Numbered from the stretch's first letter, positions 30,234 to 40,902 are shown. The stretch: 64,000 nucleotides of DNA from an uncultured Acidimicrobiales bacterium (GCA_963925805.1 CAWUSE010000005.1:89281-153280); one strand, 5' to 3'. A program made the numbers and translations. The notes: generated by a model not told the origin, from the sequence alone.

Positions 30234-31727
30234 CTATTGAGGGGTGGCCTTGTTTGAACGCAAGAGGTTCTTCTGGACCTTACCCATGGCGTTGCGTGGT
30301 AATTCGGCGATCACGTGTACCGATTTCGGATGCTTGAAGCGGGCAAGTGAGGTCAGCGGGGTTTCTAGGTCAAGAGCGCTGAGTGACGTGCCAGATTCGA
30401 GCACAAGATAGGCAGTTACCACTTCGCCGAAGTCTTCGTGAGGGTGGCCAACAACGGCAGATTCGACGATGCCGTCGACCTCGTCGATGACCATCTCGAT
30501 TTCTTTTGGATAGATGTTTAGGCCACCGGAAATGATCATGTCGCTGGAGCGACCTTCGAGCGTGAGTCGCTCGGTCGCATCGAGGGAACCAACGTCACCC
30601 GTCGAGAACCATCCGTCGAGAGTGCGGGATTCAGCGTCGGCGTCAGGACGATTCCAATAACCCGTGCACAAGCTTGGGCCTCGGACTTCGACGGTGCCGG
30701 TCTCGCCGGCAGTGAGCACATTACCGCTATTGTCGACGATGCGGATCTCGTACCCCGGCAGTGCATGACCGACCGAACCGGCCAGAACGTTGTCGATACG
30801 GTTTGAGGCGATGATGCTGGCCTCGCTCATGCCGTAGCGCTCGACGATCTGGCGGCCTGTCCGTTTGGTGAATTCACCATGGGTGAGTTCAGTCATCGGT
30901 GCTGACCCTGATGTAAAGAGCCGCATCGATTTACATGCCGCCGGGTCGAAGCGGTCATTGCTCAGCAGACGGTGGTAGTAGGTGGGTACACCCATAAAAA
31001 TGGTGGCGCCTGCAAGTGCATCGATCACTGAGTCAGGTTCAAAGCGGGGAAGGAAGCGGACCTGGGCACCGCTCAACATGGTGGGGTGTAGTGCGATGAA
31101 TAGGCCGTGTACATGGAAGATAGGCAACGAATGAACCAGGATGTCGTCGCCGTGGTAATGCCAAACCTGCACTAGGGCTTGGGCGTTGTCGAGCAGGCAG
31201 CCATGGGTCAAGGTGGCACCCTTGGGTTGTCCAGTGGTGCCAGACGTGTAGACCAGCGCAGCAGGCGTGGCATCATCGACATCGGCAACGTTGACAGGGG
31301 CGAGTGTCGTTGACGATGACACCAGGTCCGCGATCGCCACAGTAGAAAGGCCAAGATTGGTGGTGACCGTCGCTAGGGCAGTGGGGTCATCAACAACGAG
31401 CAGGGATGCCCCTGCATCACTGCAGAAGTACGAAATCTCGTCGGGGGTATATGCCGTGTTTGTGGGCACATAGACGACACCGGCGGCGAGGCATCCGAGC
31501 CATAGTGCGAACCCGTCGGCCGACTTATTGGTCTGGGCCACTAGTCGGTCGCCAGCGGAGAGACCATGTGCCAGAACTGCCGCACCGAGGCGCAGTGCGT
31601 GCCTGCGGTAGGCACCGTAGGTGTGAGTGTGGTCGCCTTCGATTAGAAACGGTCGCTCGGTATCAGCAATAAACAGGTCGTGGAACAGATTAGACACGAG
31701 CACAAGCATGCCGGATGGGTGCGTCAA
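30234..31727 (-). CDS. AMP-dependent acyl-CoA synthetase (malonyl-/medium-chain-CoA synthetase-like)
   Basis: AMP-binding motif LVYTSGTTGQPKGATLTH, a later GWFSTGD, and C-terminal LPRNAMGKVQK. Confidence 0.85.
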   Translation of the reverse strand: MTHPSGMLVLVSNLFHDLFIADTERPFLIEGDHTHTYGAYRRHALRLGAAVLAHGLSAGDRLVAQTNKSADGFALWLGCLAAGVVYVPTNTAYTPDEISYFCSDAGASLLVVDDPTALATVTTNLGLSTVAIADLVSSSTTLAPVNVADVDDATPAALVYTSGTTGQPKGATLTHGCLLDNAQALVQVWHYHGDDILVHSLPIFHVHGLFIALHPTMLSGAQVRFLPRFEPDSVIDALAGATIFMGVPTYYHRLLSNDRFDPAACKSMRLFTSGSAPMTELTHGEFTKRTGRQIVERYGMSEASIIASNRIDNVLAGSVGHALPGYEIRIVDNSGNVLTAGETGTVEVRGPSLCTGYWNRPDADAESRTLDGWFSTGDVGSLDATERLTLEGRSSDMIISGGLNIYPKEIEMVIDEVDGIVESAVVGHPHEDFGEVVTAYLVLESGTSLSALDLETPLTSLARFKHPKSVHVIAELPRNAMGKVQKNLLRSNKATPQ

Positions 31728-31926
31728 GGCGAAAGTTCATTTGTTGCACAGACGTTCGAGTGATGGGAGGTGGCACGCCAGTAACGCTGCTGCTTGCCAT
31801 GACTGGCCTCGTCACCGAGCGGGCAAATATTCGCTGCATTCTCCAATCGTGCACCGAACTCACCAAAGAAGCGGTGCAGCCCATTGCGTCACTGTTGGGC
31901 CAATAACGAGGTGAATATGAAGGGGG

Positions 31927-33162
31927 TTGCAGGACTACGCTGACACCGTGCAATCGGAGATATCGAACCCGCATCAGACTTTCCTGATCCAGGTCGACGG
32001 ACCAGATAAGGAAGGGATCACAACCCATGTGCTGAGCACGTTGGCAGGTGCTGGCGCTTCCATCGAGGACGTCGAGCAGATTGTGATTCGCAATCACATC
32101 TCGCTCAATATCGTTGCCCGTATTCCCGATGGGAGGGACCTGCTCAAAGAGCTCCTACTTGTTGGTTATGAACGTGGGTTGAGCATTGAATTTGAGCCAG
32201 TCGAAGCAACACCAACACGCAAACCGACCGGCACGATCGTGACCGTGCTTGGTCAAACACTAGAAGCAGCGGAACTTGCTGCTGTTACCGGCGTGGTCAC
32301 GGCTACGGGTGGCAATATTGACAGGCTGGAACGGCTCTCGAAATATCCAGCCTGGAGCTATCAGCTGTCAGTGACGGGTGGGGATACTCAAGCTCTCCGC
32401 GAAGAGCTCGTTCGCCTGCGCCATGACTTTCCAGCCATGGATGTGGCTATCCAGCCCAAAGGCTTACCACGCCGGGCTTTACGCGTGATGGTGCTCGATG
32501 TCGACCGTACCCTCGTCCAAAACGAGATGATTGACGAGTTGGCTGATCTAGCCGGCGTTGGTAGCCAGGTTGCCGAACTGACCGAACGTGCCATGCAAGG
32601 TGAGCTCGATTTTGAAGAGGCGCTGCGAGCACGGGTGCGACTGTTGGCAGGCCAACCCGAGTCCATTCTTGATCGAGGATGGGATCGGCTTCGACTCACG
32701 CCCGGCGCGAAAACTTTCATTGCCACGCTGCGTCATCTTGGCTTCAAGATCGCCATTGTGAGTGGCGGCTTCACTTCGATCACCGAGCGACTCAAGAACG
32801 AACTCGGCCTTGACTACGCGTTCGCGAATACCTTGGAAGTCGTTGATGGGATCCTGACCGGCCGTGTTGAAGGACCGATTGTTGATCGTAAGCGTAAGGC
32901 GCAACTGCTGCACATGATCGCGGCCAAAGAAGGTCTTGCTGTGCGCCAGATTGTTGCTGTGGGCGATGGTGCAAATGATATCGATATGCTTGAAACAGCA
33001 GGTCTTGGTATTGCTTTCAACGCCAAGAGCGGCGTGGCCAGCGCGGCTGACGCCGAGTTGAATTTGCCGTATTTGGATGCCGTGTTGTTCTTGCTGGGTG
33101 TGCGCCGCGAGGACATCGAGAGCGAAGGCTCCTTGACGCAACAGACACCTCCACCGGTCTGA
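31927..33162 (+). CDS. serB: phosphoserine phosphatase SerB (ACT-ACT-HAD architecture, TTG start)
   Basis: HAD motif I VLDVDRTLVQNEMIDELA and motif IV VGDGANDIDML. The N-terminal ACT-like domains match mycobacterial SerB2. A GGGGG-type RBS precedes the start. Confidence 0.88.
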   Translation: MQDYADTVQSEISNPHQTFLIQVDGPDKEGITTHVLSTLAGAGASIEDVEQIVIRNHISLNIVARIPDGRDLLKELLLVGYERGLSIEFEPVEATPTRKPTGTIVTVLGQTLEAAELAAVTGVVTATGGNIDRLERLSKYPAWSYQLSVTGGDTQALREELVRLRHDFPAMDVAIQPKGLPRRALRVMVLDVDRTLVQNEMIDELADLAGVGSQVAELTERAMQGELDFEEALRARVRLLAGQPESILDRGWDRLRLTPGAKTFIATLRHLGFKIAIVSGGFTSITERLKNELGLDYAFANTLEVVDGILTGRVEGPIVDRKRKAQLLHMIAAKEGLAVRQIVAVGDGANDIDMLETAGLGIAFNAKSGVASAADAELNLPYLDAVLFLLGVRREDIESEGSLTQQTPPPV

Positions 33163-33725
33163 AAAGGCGCGGGCCCGGGCGTGATTGTTTCGTCGACCGT
33201 GTCGGGGGCACTGCGCCACATCTCGATGAAGGCCTCCTAGGTGAGTCCTTCGGTGCTAGTTGAGTTGTGGGCAACCCTCAGGGTTATGCCGAAGACAACC
33301 AATGACAACTGGTTAGAGATGGGGCCGACCCTTTACACATCGCCACGACGCACGGGCTGCATGAGAGAAGTGAGATTGGCGAGAACGACATTGTTGACTG
33401 GCTGGGTCAATCCTAGGTTTGCCTCGTTGAGAATGTCATTGAGCTGGGGAAGGCGCCATGCCATCTATTCGAACTTGTCTATCGCATGGTCGGGAACTCT
33501 GAACAAACCGCTAAGGCCGGTGCGATTTGTATATCGAGATGTTCAGTGCCGGATGGCGATGACGGCAGTAGGAAGCTGGCCGTGGTTCAAGCCAGTGGAA
33601 CACCCAAGACCGATTCAAGCGGGCGGTCTTGGTGAGGTGTTCTCGGTGGGAGTGCCGACGGTTATCTGGTCAAAATCAATGGAACCGTCTTCGTTGTCAA
33701 ACGCCTGTGCAGCTGCGTTGCTTCG

Positions 33726-34025
33726 TCAGGATCGCTTTTTCTTGGCCCGACGTGAGTAGACGCCAGCAAACTCCCAGATGAACACGCCAGCAGCAGCCGA
33801 AAACAACATCATCAGAAACTGATTGAGTTGGAAACTCCAACTCAGGAAATCGATGGTCACACTTTCAGTGTTCTGCGCTGCGAATAAAATGAACAAAACG
33901 AGGATCGTTGCCGCAGTGCCCAAACGTGCCATCAGGCCCTTGTCGAGTGGCTTCTTGGCTTTGGCAGCAAGCGAGCGTTGCAGGTTCTCGGCATCGTTGT
34001 TGTCCACACCCTGACTATCGCACAC
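33726..34025 (-). CDS. small LapA/DUF1049-like membrane protein
   Basis: 99 aa with two TM helices flanking VTIDFLSW and a basic C-terminus (RRAKKKRS). Confidence 0.55.
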   Translation of the reverse strand: MCDSQGVDNNDAENLQRSLAAKAKKPLDKGLMARLGTAATILVLFILFAAQNTESVTIDFLSWSFQLNQFLMMLFSAAAGVFIWEFAGVYSRRAKKKRS

Positions 34026-34031
34026 CGATGA

Positions 34032-34679
34032 CTACTCGGCTTGCTCAGCTTCAGATTGTGCCAGTCGTTCGAGTAATGCGTCACGGACCGAGACACCCGC
34101 TTCACGAGCTTTTGTCTCGGCGATCCGCCAGCCATGGCGTGATGAATAGACCAACGGCGGTTCACCCAAGCGTCCTTCGCCAACAGCGGTGACCCGAGCA
34201 AAGAAGAGGACATGGTCCAGGCCTTCTATGCGGTCTGGCTCGACCCGATCGAAGATCTCGCACTTGAGCCATGAGATGCAGTTCACCACGATGGGCAGAC
34301 CATCGACCATCTCGATGTATTCGGATGCGATGTAGTCGAACTTACGACCGGGGTAAGAGAAATACTGACCCTCGGCGACCTGATCACCAGCCAGGATCGA
34401 TACCGAAAACTCGCCAGATGCCTCCATCAGGGGGAACGTGTCGTGCTTCGGTGACACCGAACACATCATGATCGGCTCTTCGAAAGATATTTGGCTGACC
34501 CAGTGGGAACAATACGCTCGAGTCACACCATTGTGGGTCGCACCTACAACCTGCACACCCTTGGCCATCTGCCCCAGGCAACGTTTAACGTCTCGATTGA
34601 TCACTGTGCTGGTGCTCGCTTTTGACTGCTCTTGGTATTGGCCAGATTCGAAGTTGTGTTCATGCCCCGCACCAATCAA
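34032..34679 (-). CDS. flavin reductase family protein
   Basis: Split-barrel flavin reductase pattern (KGVQVVGATHNGVTRAYCSHWVSQISFEEPIMMCSVS). Confidence 0.75.
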   Translation of the reverse strand: MIGAGHEHNFESGQYQEQSKASTSTVINRDVKRCLGQMAKGVQVVGATHNGVTRAYCSHWVSQISFEEPIMMCSVSPKHDTFPLMEASGEFSVSILAGDQVAEGQYFSYPGRKFDYIASEYIEMVDGLPIVVNCISWLKCEIFDRVEPDRIEGLDHVLFFARVTAVGEGRLGEPPLVYSSRHGWRIAETKAREAGVSVRDALLERLAQSEAEQAE

Positions 34680-34721
34680 GCGCAGCAGGGCCCGACGAAG
34701 GGCGCTGTGAGTGCAGTGAAC

Positions 34722-35966
34722 CTAATCTGATTGCGTGCCGACCCTGAGTTCGTTGAAGGGAATGCCCTTGTCGATCGAGACATCTCGGGGCAGGCCCAGA
34801 ACGCGGTCGCCAATGATGTTCTTCTGGATCTCGTCGGTGCCGCCGGCTATTGATGACATGAACGATTGAAGCGCCATACGGTTCCAGCTTTCGCCGTTGC
34901 TGTCGAAGCCGTCGCCGTCCTTGGTCCACGCAACCATCTGTGGGCCTACAAATTCGTGCAACATCTCGCGGACGTCCCACATGATGTTCGAACCGTGGAG
35001 CTTGCCTAGCGAACCACCTGGACCGGGGGCCTTGCCGGCCTTCATCTCGGCGCGGGTCGGCATGGCAACGAGCGACTTAGCTGTCTCGTTCGAATAGATC
35101 TTCATCAGCTTCTGGCGAACGATGGGATTCTGGATTAGGCCTAGCTTGGTGGCCTCATTGCTCAGCCGGTTGTAGAACGGTGTGCTGATACCACTCTTGG
35201 AGCCTGTGCCGATAGCGACGCGTTCGTACATGAGCATCGCTGTGGCTTGATTCCAGCCGTTGTTTAGCTCACCGAGTAGCCAGGTCGTCGGGATGTGTAG
35301 ATCGGTGAAAAAGACCTCGTTGAAGTGCTTGCCCCCGTCGATCTGATGGATTGGACGGATCTCGATAGCCGGGTCGCGCATGTCGACCATAAACATGGAG
35401 ATTCCGGCGTGCTTGGAGACATTGGGATTGGTACGGGCGACCAGAATGCCGTACTCACTGTGGTGGGCTAGCGTGGTCCAAACTTTTTGGCCATTGATTA
35501 CCCATTGATCACCATCGCGTTCGGCTTTGGTCTGCAAGCTGGCGACGTCACTGCCAGCGCCAGGTTCTGAGAACATTTGGCACCAGATATCTTCGCCGGC
35601 AATGCCGCGGGGCATGAATTCTTGTTTCAGTTCATCGGACCCAAAGTCGTTCATGACTGGCATACACATGCCATGGCTGATGGTCAGGTCACCCGTGCAC
35701 TCAGGGAACCGGGCGTACTCTTCGCGCCAGGTTCGTTCATGGGTTTTGGTCAGGCCTTGGCCACCAAACTCTTGGGCATAGGTCAGACCAGCTAGGCCAG
35801 CGTCGTACAACTTTTTCTGGAAGGCTCGCGAGTGAGCAACCGATTGGTCACTGCGAGGGTCAGGGCCATCCAGTACTAACTGTTTGGCGTTCTTTTCGAG
35901 AAAGGTGCGACAACGTTGACGGAAGGCGTCCATGTCGGCGTCGGGCGTGGTGTCTATAGCAGTCAT
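34722..35966 (-). CDS. acyl-CoA dehydrogenase
   Basis: ACAD middle-domain motif CQMFSEPGAGSD and the C-terminal GGTDEIQKNIIGDRVLGLP. Confidence 0.88.
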   Translation of the reverse strand: MTAIDTTPDADMDAFRQRCRTFLEKNAKQLVLDGPDPRSDQSVAHSRAFQKKLYDAGLAGLTYAQEFGGQGLTKTHERTWREEYARFPECTGDLTISHGMCMPVMNDFGSDELKQEFMPRGIAGEDIWCQMFSEPGAGSDVASLQTKAERDGDQWVINGQKVWTTLAHHSEYGILVARTNPNVSKHAGISMFMVDMRDPAIEIRPIHQIDGGKHFNEVFFTDLHIPTTWLLGELNNGWNQATAMLMYERVAIGTGSKSGISTPFYNRLSNEATKLGLIQNPIVRQKLMKIYSNETAKSLVAMPTRAEMKAGKAPGPGGSLGKLHGSNIMWDVREMLHEFVGPQMVAWTKDGDGFDSNGESWNRMALQSFMSSIAGGTDEIQKNIIGDRVLGLPRDVSIDKGIPFNELRVGTQSD

Positions 35967-36299
35967 TGGTCAGATCCTCCGTGAAAGAAGCTAGCGCCCC
36001 CGACGTCACTAGAAGAAGCTGGGACCACGTTCACCAACTATGGAGTAGAAGACGAGTGGTAGTTCTGCGTCCGAGATTCGATTGAGCGACGTAGAACGTG
36101 ACTGTGTCATCGTCACTCGTCAACGCTCGTGCTGCTGACTTCGAAGAGTAGGTACCGTTTGACAGCGGACGTACTTCAGACACCTAGTTAGGCTCGGCAA
36201 AAATTCAAACACTGCCTGGCGCTGCGTCAAGATGGCGAGGGGGACAATCCAATTAGGTGTAGTGGTAAGCCACATGATGGGTGGCGCCTAGTGACCGCA

Positions 36300-37907
36300 C
36301 TACACCCGCCGACCGAATGAGTCGACGGCCTCGTCGGCCATGAGTCGTTCCAGTGTTGCTTCGGGCTTGTCCTCGGAGACCTGGCGGACTCGGAATGCAG
36401 ATTCGAAGAGCACCCAGATTGAGCCATCGGATCGTTCGACAATCTCGACACCGCGGAGTCCGCGAAGGAGAGGTACAGATTCGTCATCGGTCAGTCGGGC
36501 AACCGAGTAGCTGGTAGGCGATAGTTCGACCGGGGCGTTGAATTCGTTTTCGAGACGATGCTTGGCGACCTCGAACTGCAGTGGGCCAACCGCTGCGAAG
36601 ATTGGTGCTTGGTCGCCGACGCCAGGGATTCGCAGAACCTGCACGACACCTTCTTCGTCGAGCTGGGCGACACCAGAACGGAACTGCTTGAACTTACCGG
36701 TGTCCTTGGCTCGGGCGATCATGAAGTGGGTCGGAGCGAACGCCGGCATTGGGCGCCACTGGACTGGCTCGTCTACGTAGACCGCGTCGCCAGGACGAAA
36801 GCCATTGGCATTGATCAGCCCGATCACGTCGCCCGGAAAGGCTTCGTCGAGGGTTTCTCGATCGGACCCTTGAACCGAGTGCACATACTTGGTTGTGACC
36901 GAACGCTTGCTTGGGCCGTGGGTGATCGTCATGCCACGTTCGAATCGACCTGATGCGACTCGCAAGAAAGCGATGCGATCTCGATGGTTCTTATCGGTGT
37001 TGGCTTGCACCTTGAACACATGTCCGCTGAAGGGTGAGTCGATGGGGCGAGGATCATCGTTGATGTCGGTTCGGGCTGGCGGTGATGGCACCAGGTCGAC
37101 AACAGCGTCGAGCAGGTGTCCGACGCCAAAGTTGGTAAGAGCGGAACCAAAGAAGACAGGTGATAGCTCGCCAGCTTCGAACTTTTCACGATTGAAGACT
37201 CGGTCCACCCCATCGAGCAACTCGACGTCTTCAAGCGCTGCGGCAGCGAGCTCAGAATTCATCAATACAGGACTGTCGATCGGGCTTACTTTCTCGGGAG
37301 CCATGGTCGATCCGTGGGCGACGCGAGTGAACTGTACATACTCGTTACGTAGCCGATCGATGACGCCATCGAATGTTGTCGATTCGCCGACAGGCCACGT
37401 GATTGGCGCTGGTTCCAGGATCAGGTCTCGTTCGATTTCGTCGAGCAGGTCCCATGGGTCGCGGCCGGGGCGATCCCATTTATTGATGAACGTCACGATG
37501 GGCACGTCGCGCTCGCGGCATACCTCGAACAGTCGGCGGGTCTGTGGCTCGATGCCTTTGGCTGCGTCGAGAACCATGATGGCTGCATCGGTTGCAGCCA
37601 ATACGCGGAACGTGTCTTCGCTGAAGTCCTTGTGGCCGGGGGTGTCGAGAAGGTTCAGCAAGCAATCGCGATACGGGAAACGCATGACTGTTGAGCTGAT
37701 CGAGATACCGCGCTGTTGTTCGATCTCTTGCCAGTCGCTGGCGGCTGCCTTACCGCCACGGCGAGCGGCGACCGAACCAGCACCAGCGGTGAGAACGCCC
37801 GAGTACAACAGAAACTTCTCGGTCAGTGTGGTCTTGCCAGCATCGGGGTGCGAGATGATGGCGAAGGTCCGCCGTCGGGCGGTTTCTTCGATGATCTGAT
37901 TGCTCAT
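36300..37907 (-). CDS. prfC: peptide chain release factor 3 (start at ATG 37907; the ORF-track extension to 38054 overlaps selO)
   Basis: MSNQIIEETARRRTFAIISHPDAGKTTLTEK (G1), DTPGHKDF (G3), and NKWDR (G4). Confidence 0.93.
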   Translation of the reverse strand: MSNQIIEETARRRTFAIISHPDAGKTTLTEKFLLYSGVLTAGAGSVAARRGGKAAASDWQEIEQQRGISISSTVMRFPYRDCLLNLLDTPGHKDFSEDTFRVLAATDAAIMVLDAAKGIEPQTRRLFEVCRERDVPIVTFINKWDRPGRDPWDLLDEIERDLILEPAPITWPVGESTTFDGVIDRLRNEYVQFTRVAHGSTMAPEKVSPIDSPVLMNSELAAAALEDVELLDGVDRVFNREKFEAGELSPVFFGSALTNFGVGHLLDAVVDLVPSPPARTDINDDPRPIDSPFSGHVFKVQANTDKNHRDRIAFLRVASGRFERGMTITHGPSKRSVTTKYVHSVQGSDRETLDEAFPGDVIGLINANGFRPGDAVYVDEPVQWRPMPAFAPTHFMIARAKDTGKFKQFRSGVAQLDEEGVVQVLRIPGVGDQAPIFAAVGPLQFEVAKHRLENEFNAPVELSPTSYSVARLTDDESVPLLRGLRGVEIVERSDGSIWVLFESAFRVRQVSEDKPEATLERLMADEAVDSFGRRV

Positions 37908-37938
37908 GAGCGTGCGTTTCTTGGGGTCGAATGCCCAG

Positions 37939-39573
37939 CTAGGAACTGCAGGACAACATGGAACAGCCTGCCCGTTCTCGCGCCCATTCCGGGCGCTTGG
38001 TGAAGAACTCGACTTCGTGTTCTGGTTGTTCATCGTAGGGATAACGCAGCACATCGAGCAGTTGATTTACTGCTGAGAAGTCGCCCTGGTCGACCTTGTC
38101 GATGGCCAACTGTGCCATCCAGTTCCGAAGCACGTACTTGGGGTTCACGGCATCCATGGCCAGCTTGCGTTCTTCGGTGGAGCGGCCGTCAACGCCACAC
38201 CGGTCAGCCCATGCACGAAGCCACTCACTCATTTCTTCGACCACACGCGCGGTCGGCTGGGCATACCAGGCGTCGGCAACTGGTTGCACCAGGTCGTAGT
38301 CGCTGAGATCTTCGGCGTTCTCGACGTCGACCTGGGCCAGGTTTCGGTGAAAGATAGTCATGTCAGTTTCGACGATCTGCAGCACCCGGCCCAGCTCGCC
38401 GAACAGAGCATTGTCGTCGTCTCCAGCAAAGCCGATAAAACCGAGGCGCTCTGCCATCATCGCGTTCCAGCCGTTGCCGAACTCGTCGGCATAGGAGTCG
38501 AGTGCCTCTTGTAATGGTTCGACGTTGTCGCCATAAAGCGGAGCGATTGCATTCGCAAGTTGCACGAGATTCCAATGTGCCATCGAAGGCTGATTTCCAT
38601 AGCGGTAACGACGGGCTTCGGCATCTGTGGTGTTGGGCGTCCAGTCAGGGTCGAACCCTTCAAGCCAGCCGTATGGTCCGTAATCAATGGTCAGGCCCAG
38701 AATCGACATGTTGTCGGTGTTCATCACCCCGTGAACAAAACCGATGCGCATCCATTCGACGATCATCTCTGCGGTGGTGCGAACGATTTCAGCAAACCAG
38801 TCAGTCACAACGTCGAGGGGCTGGTCGTCATCGCCTTCGACCAGGTCGGGGAAATCGGTACGTATCGTCCAACTGACGAGTTGGGCTAACTGATCCAACT
38901 CATCTCGTGATGCAAACAGCTCGAAGTTTCCGAAGCGGACAAAGGACGGGCTGACTCGACAGACGACGGCGCCGAGCTCGTCGGCAGGGTTACCGTCGTA
39001 GAACATGTCGCGCATGACCTGGTCGCCGGTCAGTGTGAGGCTCAGCGCTCGGGTTGTTGGGACGCCTAGATGGAACATGGCTTCGCTGCACAAGAATTCG
39101 CGCACAGAGGACCGCATCACGGCGTATCCGTCGCCGCGACGTGAATACGGTGTTGGTCCCGAACCTTTGAGTTGCAGTGTTTGGTGGCCGTTGTCGGTGG
39201 TCAGGACCTCGCCAAGGGCAATAGCTCGCCCATCGCCGAGCTGGCCGGCCCAGTTGCCGAACTGATGCCCGCCGTAACACATCGCATAGGGATCCATATC
39301 CGGGGTGATCAGATTGCCGGTCACCAGATGAGCGAACGCGGGGGTCTCTGCTTGCTCGTCGTCGATACCTAGCATTTCAGCCACCTCGGTCGAGTACACA
39401 ACGAGCTGGGGTGTGGTCGCACGTGTGGGCATGACGCGACTGAAACATGCGCCTGTTACATGGCGGCGGACATTGTCAATCTGAGTGTCGGCAGGAAGAT
39501 CACGGGTGAATCGATTGGTGAATACGAGACCAAATAGGTTGTCAGCAGTGTTGTCCACAGTTTCTCTGTCCAC
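37939..39573 (-). CDS. selO: protein adenylyl/UMPyl-transferase SelO/YdiU
   Basis: UPF0061/SelO signatures: YGGHQFGNWAGQLGDGRA and the pseudokinase-fold motifs HGVMNTDNMSILGLTIDYGP. The C-terminus ends in Cys-Ser-Ser. Confidence 0.9.
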   Translation of the reverse strand: MDRETVDNTADNLFGLVFTNRFTRDLPADTQIDNVRRHVTGACFSRVMPTRATTPQLVVYSTEVAEMLGIDDEQAETPAFAHLVTGNLITPDMDPYAMCYGGHQFGNWAGQLGDGRAIALGEVLTTDNGHQTLQLKGSGPTPYSRRGDGYAVMRSSVREFLCSEAMFHLGVPTTRALSLTLTGDQVMRDMFYDGNPADELGAVVCRVSPSFVRFGNFELFASRDELDQLAQLVSWTIRTDFPDLVEGDDDQPLDVVTDWFAEIVRTTAEMIVEWMRIGFVHGVMNTDNMSILGLTIDYGPYGWLEGFDPDWTPNTTDAEARRYRYGNQPSMAHWNLVQLANAIAPLYGDNVEPLQEALDSYADEFGNGWNAMMAERLGFIGFAGDDDNALFGELGRVLQIVETDMTIFHRNLAQVDVENAEDLSDYDLVQPVADAWYAQPTARVVEEMSEWLRAWADRCGVDGRSTEERKLAMDAVNPKYVLRNWMAQLAIDKVDQGDFSAVNQLLDVLRYPYDEQPEHEVEFFTKRPEWARERAGCSMLSCSS

Positions 39574-39614
39574 CTAGTGTTTCTATCAGCACGATCTGAT
39601 GCCGATATGTTTGC

Positions 39615-40604
39615 GTGGTGACGGATGGTCTAGGGCAAGCATCGGCAGGGTGGTACGACGACCCGCACTCGCCAGAGCGCATGCGATATTTCGATGGCGA
39701 GATGTGGACGAACCACTTTCATGAGCCGGGGAAGTTGCCCGATATAGGAAGCTGGCTCAGCAGCACGTTTTCTGTTTTTGGGAACTGTTGGCGGGGCGCT
39801 GCCATCCTGGGTTTTATTGTGAATCTCGCCGGAGGCCTGGTGTTCTGGGTTGGCTTGCGGTTCGTGATCCGCGACGTGGAGGTCATTAACGAAAATTTCG
39901 TGAACTTCACCGCTGCGACTGGGGCACTTACCGCTGTGCTCGCGGTCTGGCTCGTTCTATCGCTGGCCTTTGGTTGGCTCGCCATGAGTCGGTACTTTCA
40001 TCGAGCACATTTCCAAGCGGACCCGAGTTTGGCTGATGCCTTTATGCATGCCCTGAAGCGGTTACCACGATTATTGGTGACCATTTTGGTATTCATGCTG
40101 GCCGCAAGCGTGGCCATGACGCTGCTGATTGGCCTGACGCTTGTGGTCCCGCCCATTGGTGTATTTCTGATTTTTATAGCGATACCACTGGTCGTATGGG
40201 TGGTAGTCAAGCTTGCGTTTATCATCAATGCTGTTGCCATTGCTCCTGCAGAGATGTCGGTGATGCGGGCCTCAGCAGGAGTTTCCGCTGGTCGTTTTTG
40301 GCCAGTGTTTAGTCGCTTGTTCCTTTTCACGATGGTGCTCGGTATCACGGCAAACATCGCCTCCGCAGCGCTTGGCCAGTTCGCTCAAATTATTGATCCT
40401 GATGTGATTTCACAGATCCTTCAAGTACGTAACGACGTGGTAATTGTGCGTGATTTTTCGTTAATCGACTTGTTCCCTTCCAACGGTGAATTCATCATCG
40501 CGATTGTGATCGGCAGCGTGATCCAAGCGGCGAGCGGACTGATCAGCACGTCAGCGTTTGTGCGTCTCTATCTCGACAGTGGAGCACCATCAGAAGCGCT
40601 CTAG
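39615..40604 (+). CDS. DUF2510-domain membrane protein (GTG start)
   Basis: N-terminal GWYDDPHSPERMRYFDGEMWT (DUF2510-type motif) followed by about 6 TM helices. Confidence 0.65.
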   Translation: MVTDGLGQASAGWYDDPHSPERMRYFDGEMWTNHFHEPGKLPDIGSWLSSTFSVFGNCWRGAAILGFIVNLAGGLVFWVGLRFVIRDVEVINENFVNFTAATGALTAVLAVWLVLSLAFGWLAMSRYFHRAHFQADPSLADAFMHALKRLPRLLVTILVFMLAASVAMTLLIGLTLVVPPIGVFLIFIAIPLVVWVVVKLAFIINAVAIAPAEMSVMRASAGVSAGRFWPVFSRLFLFTMVLGITANIASAALGQFAQIIDPDVISQILQVRNDVVIVRDFSLIDLFPSNGEFIIAIVIGSVIQAASGLISTSAFVRLYLDSGAPSEAL

Positions 40605-40902
40605 AGGCAGTCACTCAGTTTGGTGATTGATAGATGTCGATAATGAGAGTCAGGTCCAGAGGGCTGCATACCGCAGGATTATGACGTCAGACCCCAGGCC
40701 GATCTGACTTTGGGTTTGCTGAGCAGACTCGTGGAGTTACCCGGTAGCCGTTGCTTGTAACTATTGGTCGGTAATCGACTGATCGATCGCGTCGATTTCG
40801 AGCAGGTTTGTGATCTTCAGCAGCGTGGCCAACACGTAGCCATCGACAGAGGTAAACCCAGCTCTAGAAACAGAGGGGTGGGTAAGGACGCCACGCTGGA
40901 TA

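Noticed and set aside
33241-33759. 172-aa plus-strand ORF in the serB/LapA spacer
   Set aside because: It is W/R/C-rich with no motifs, and it overlaps the 3' end of the LapA-like gene. It is unlikely to be coding; the region is reported as gene-poor instead.
36889-37899. 336-aa plus-strand ORF overlapping prfC
   Set aside because: It is a Ser/Arg-rich low-complexity translation antisense to a clear RF3 gene, so it is a shadow ORF.
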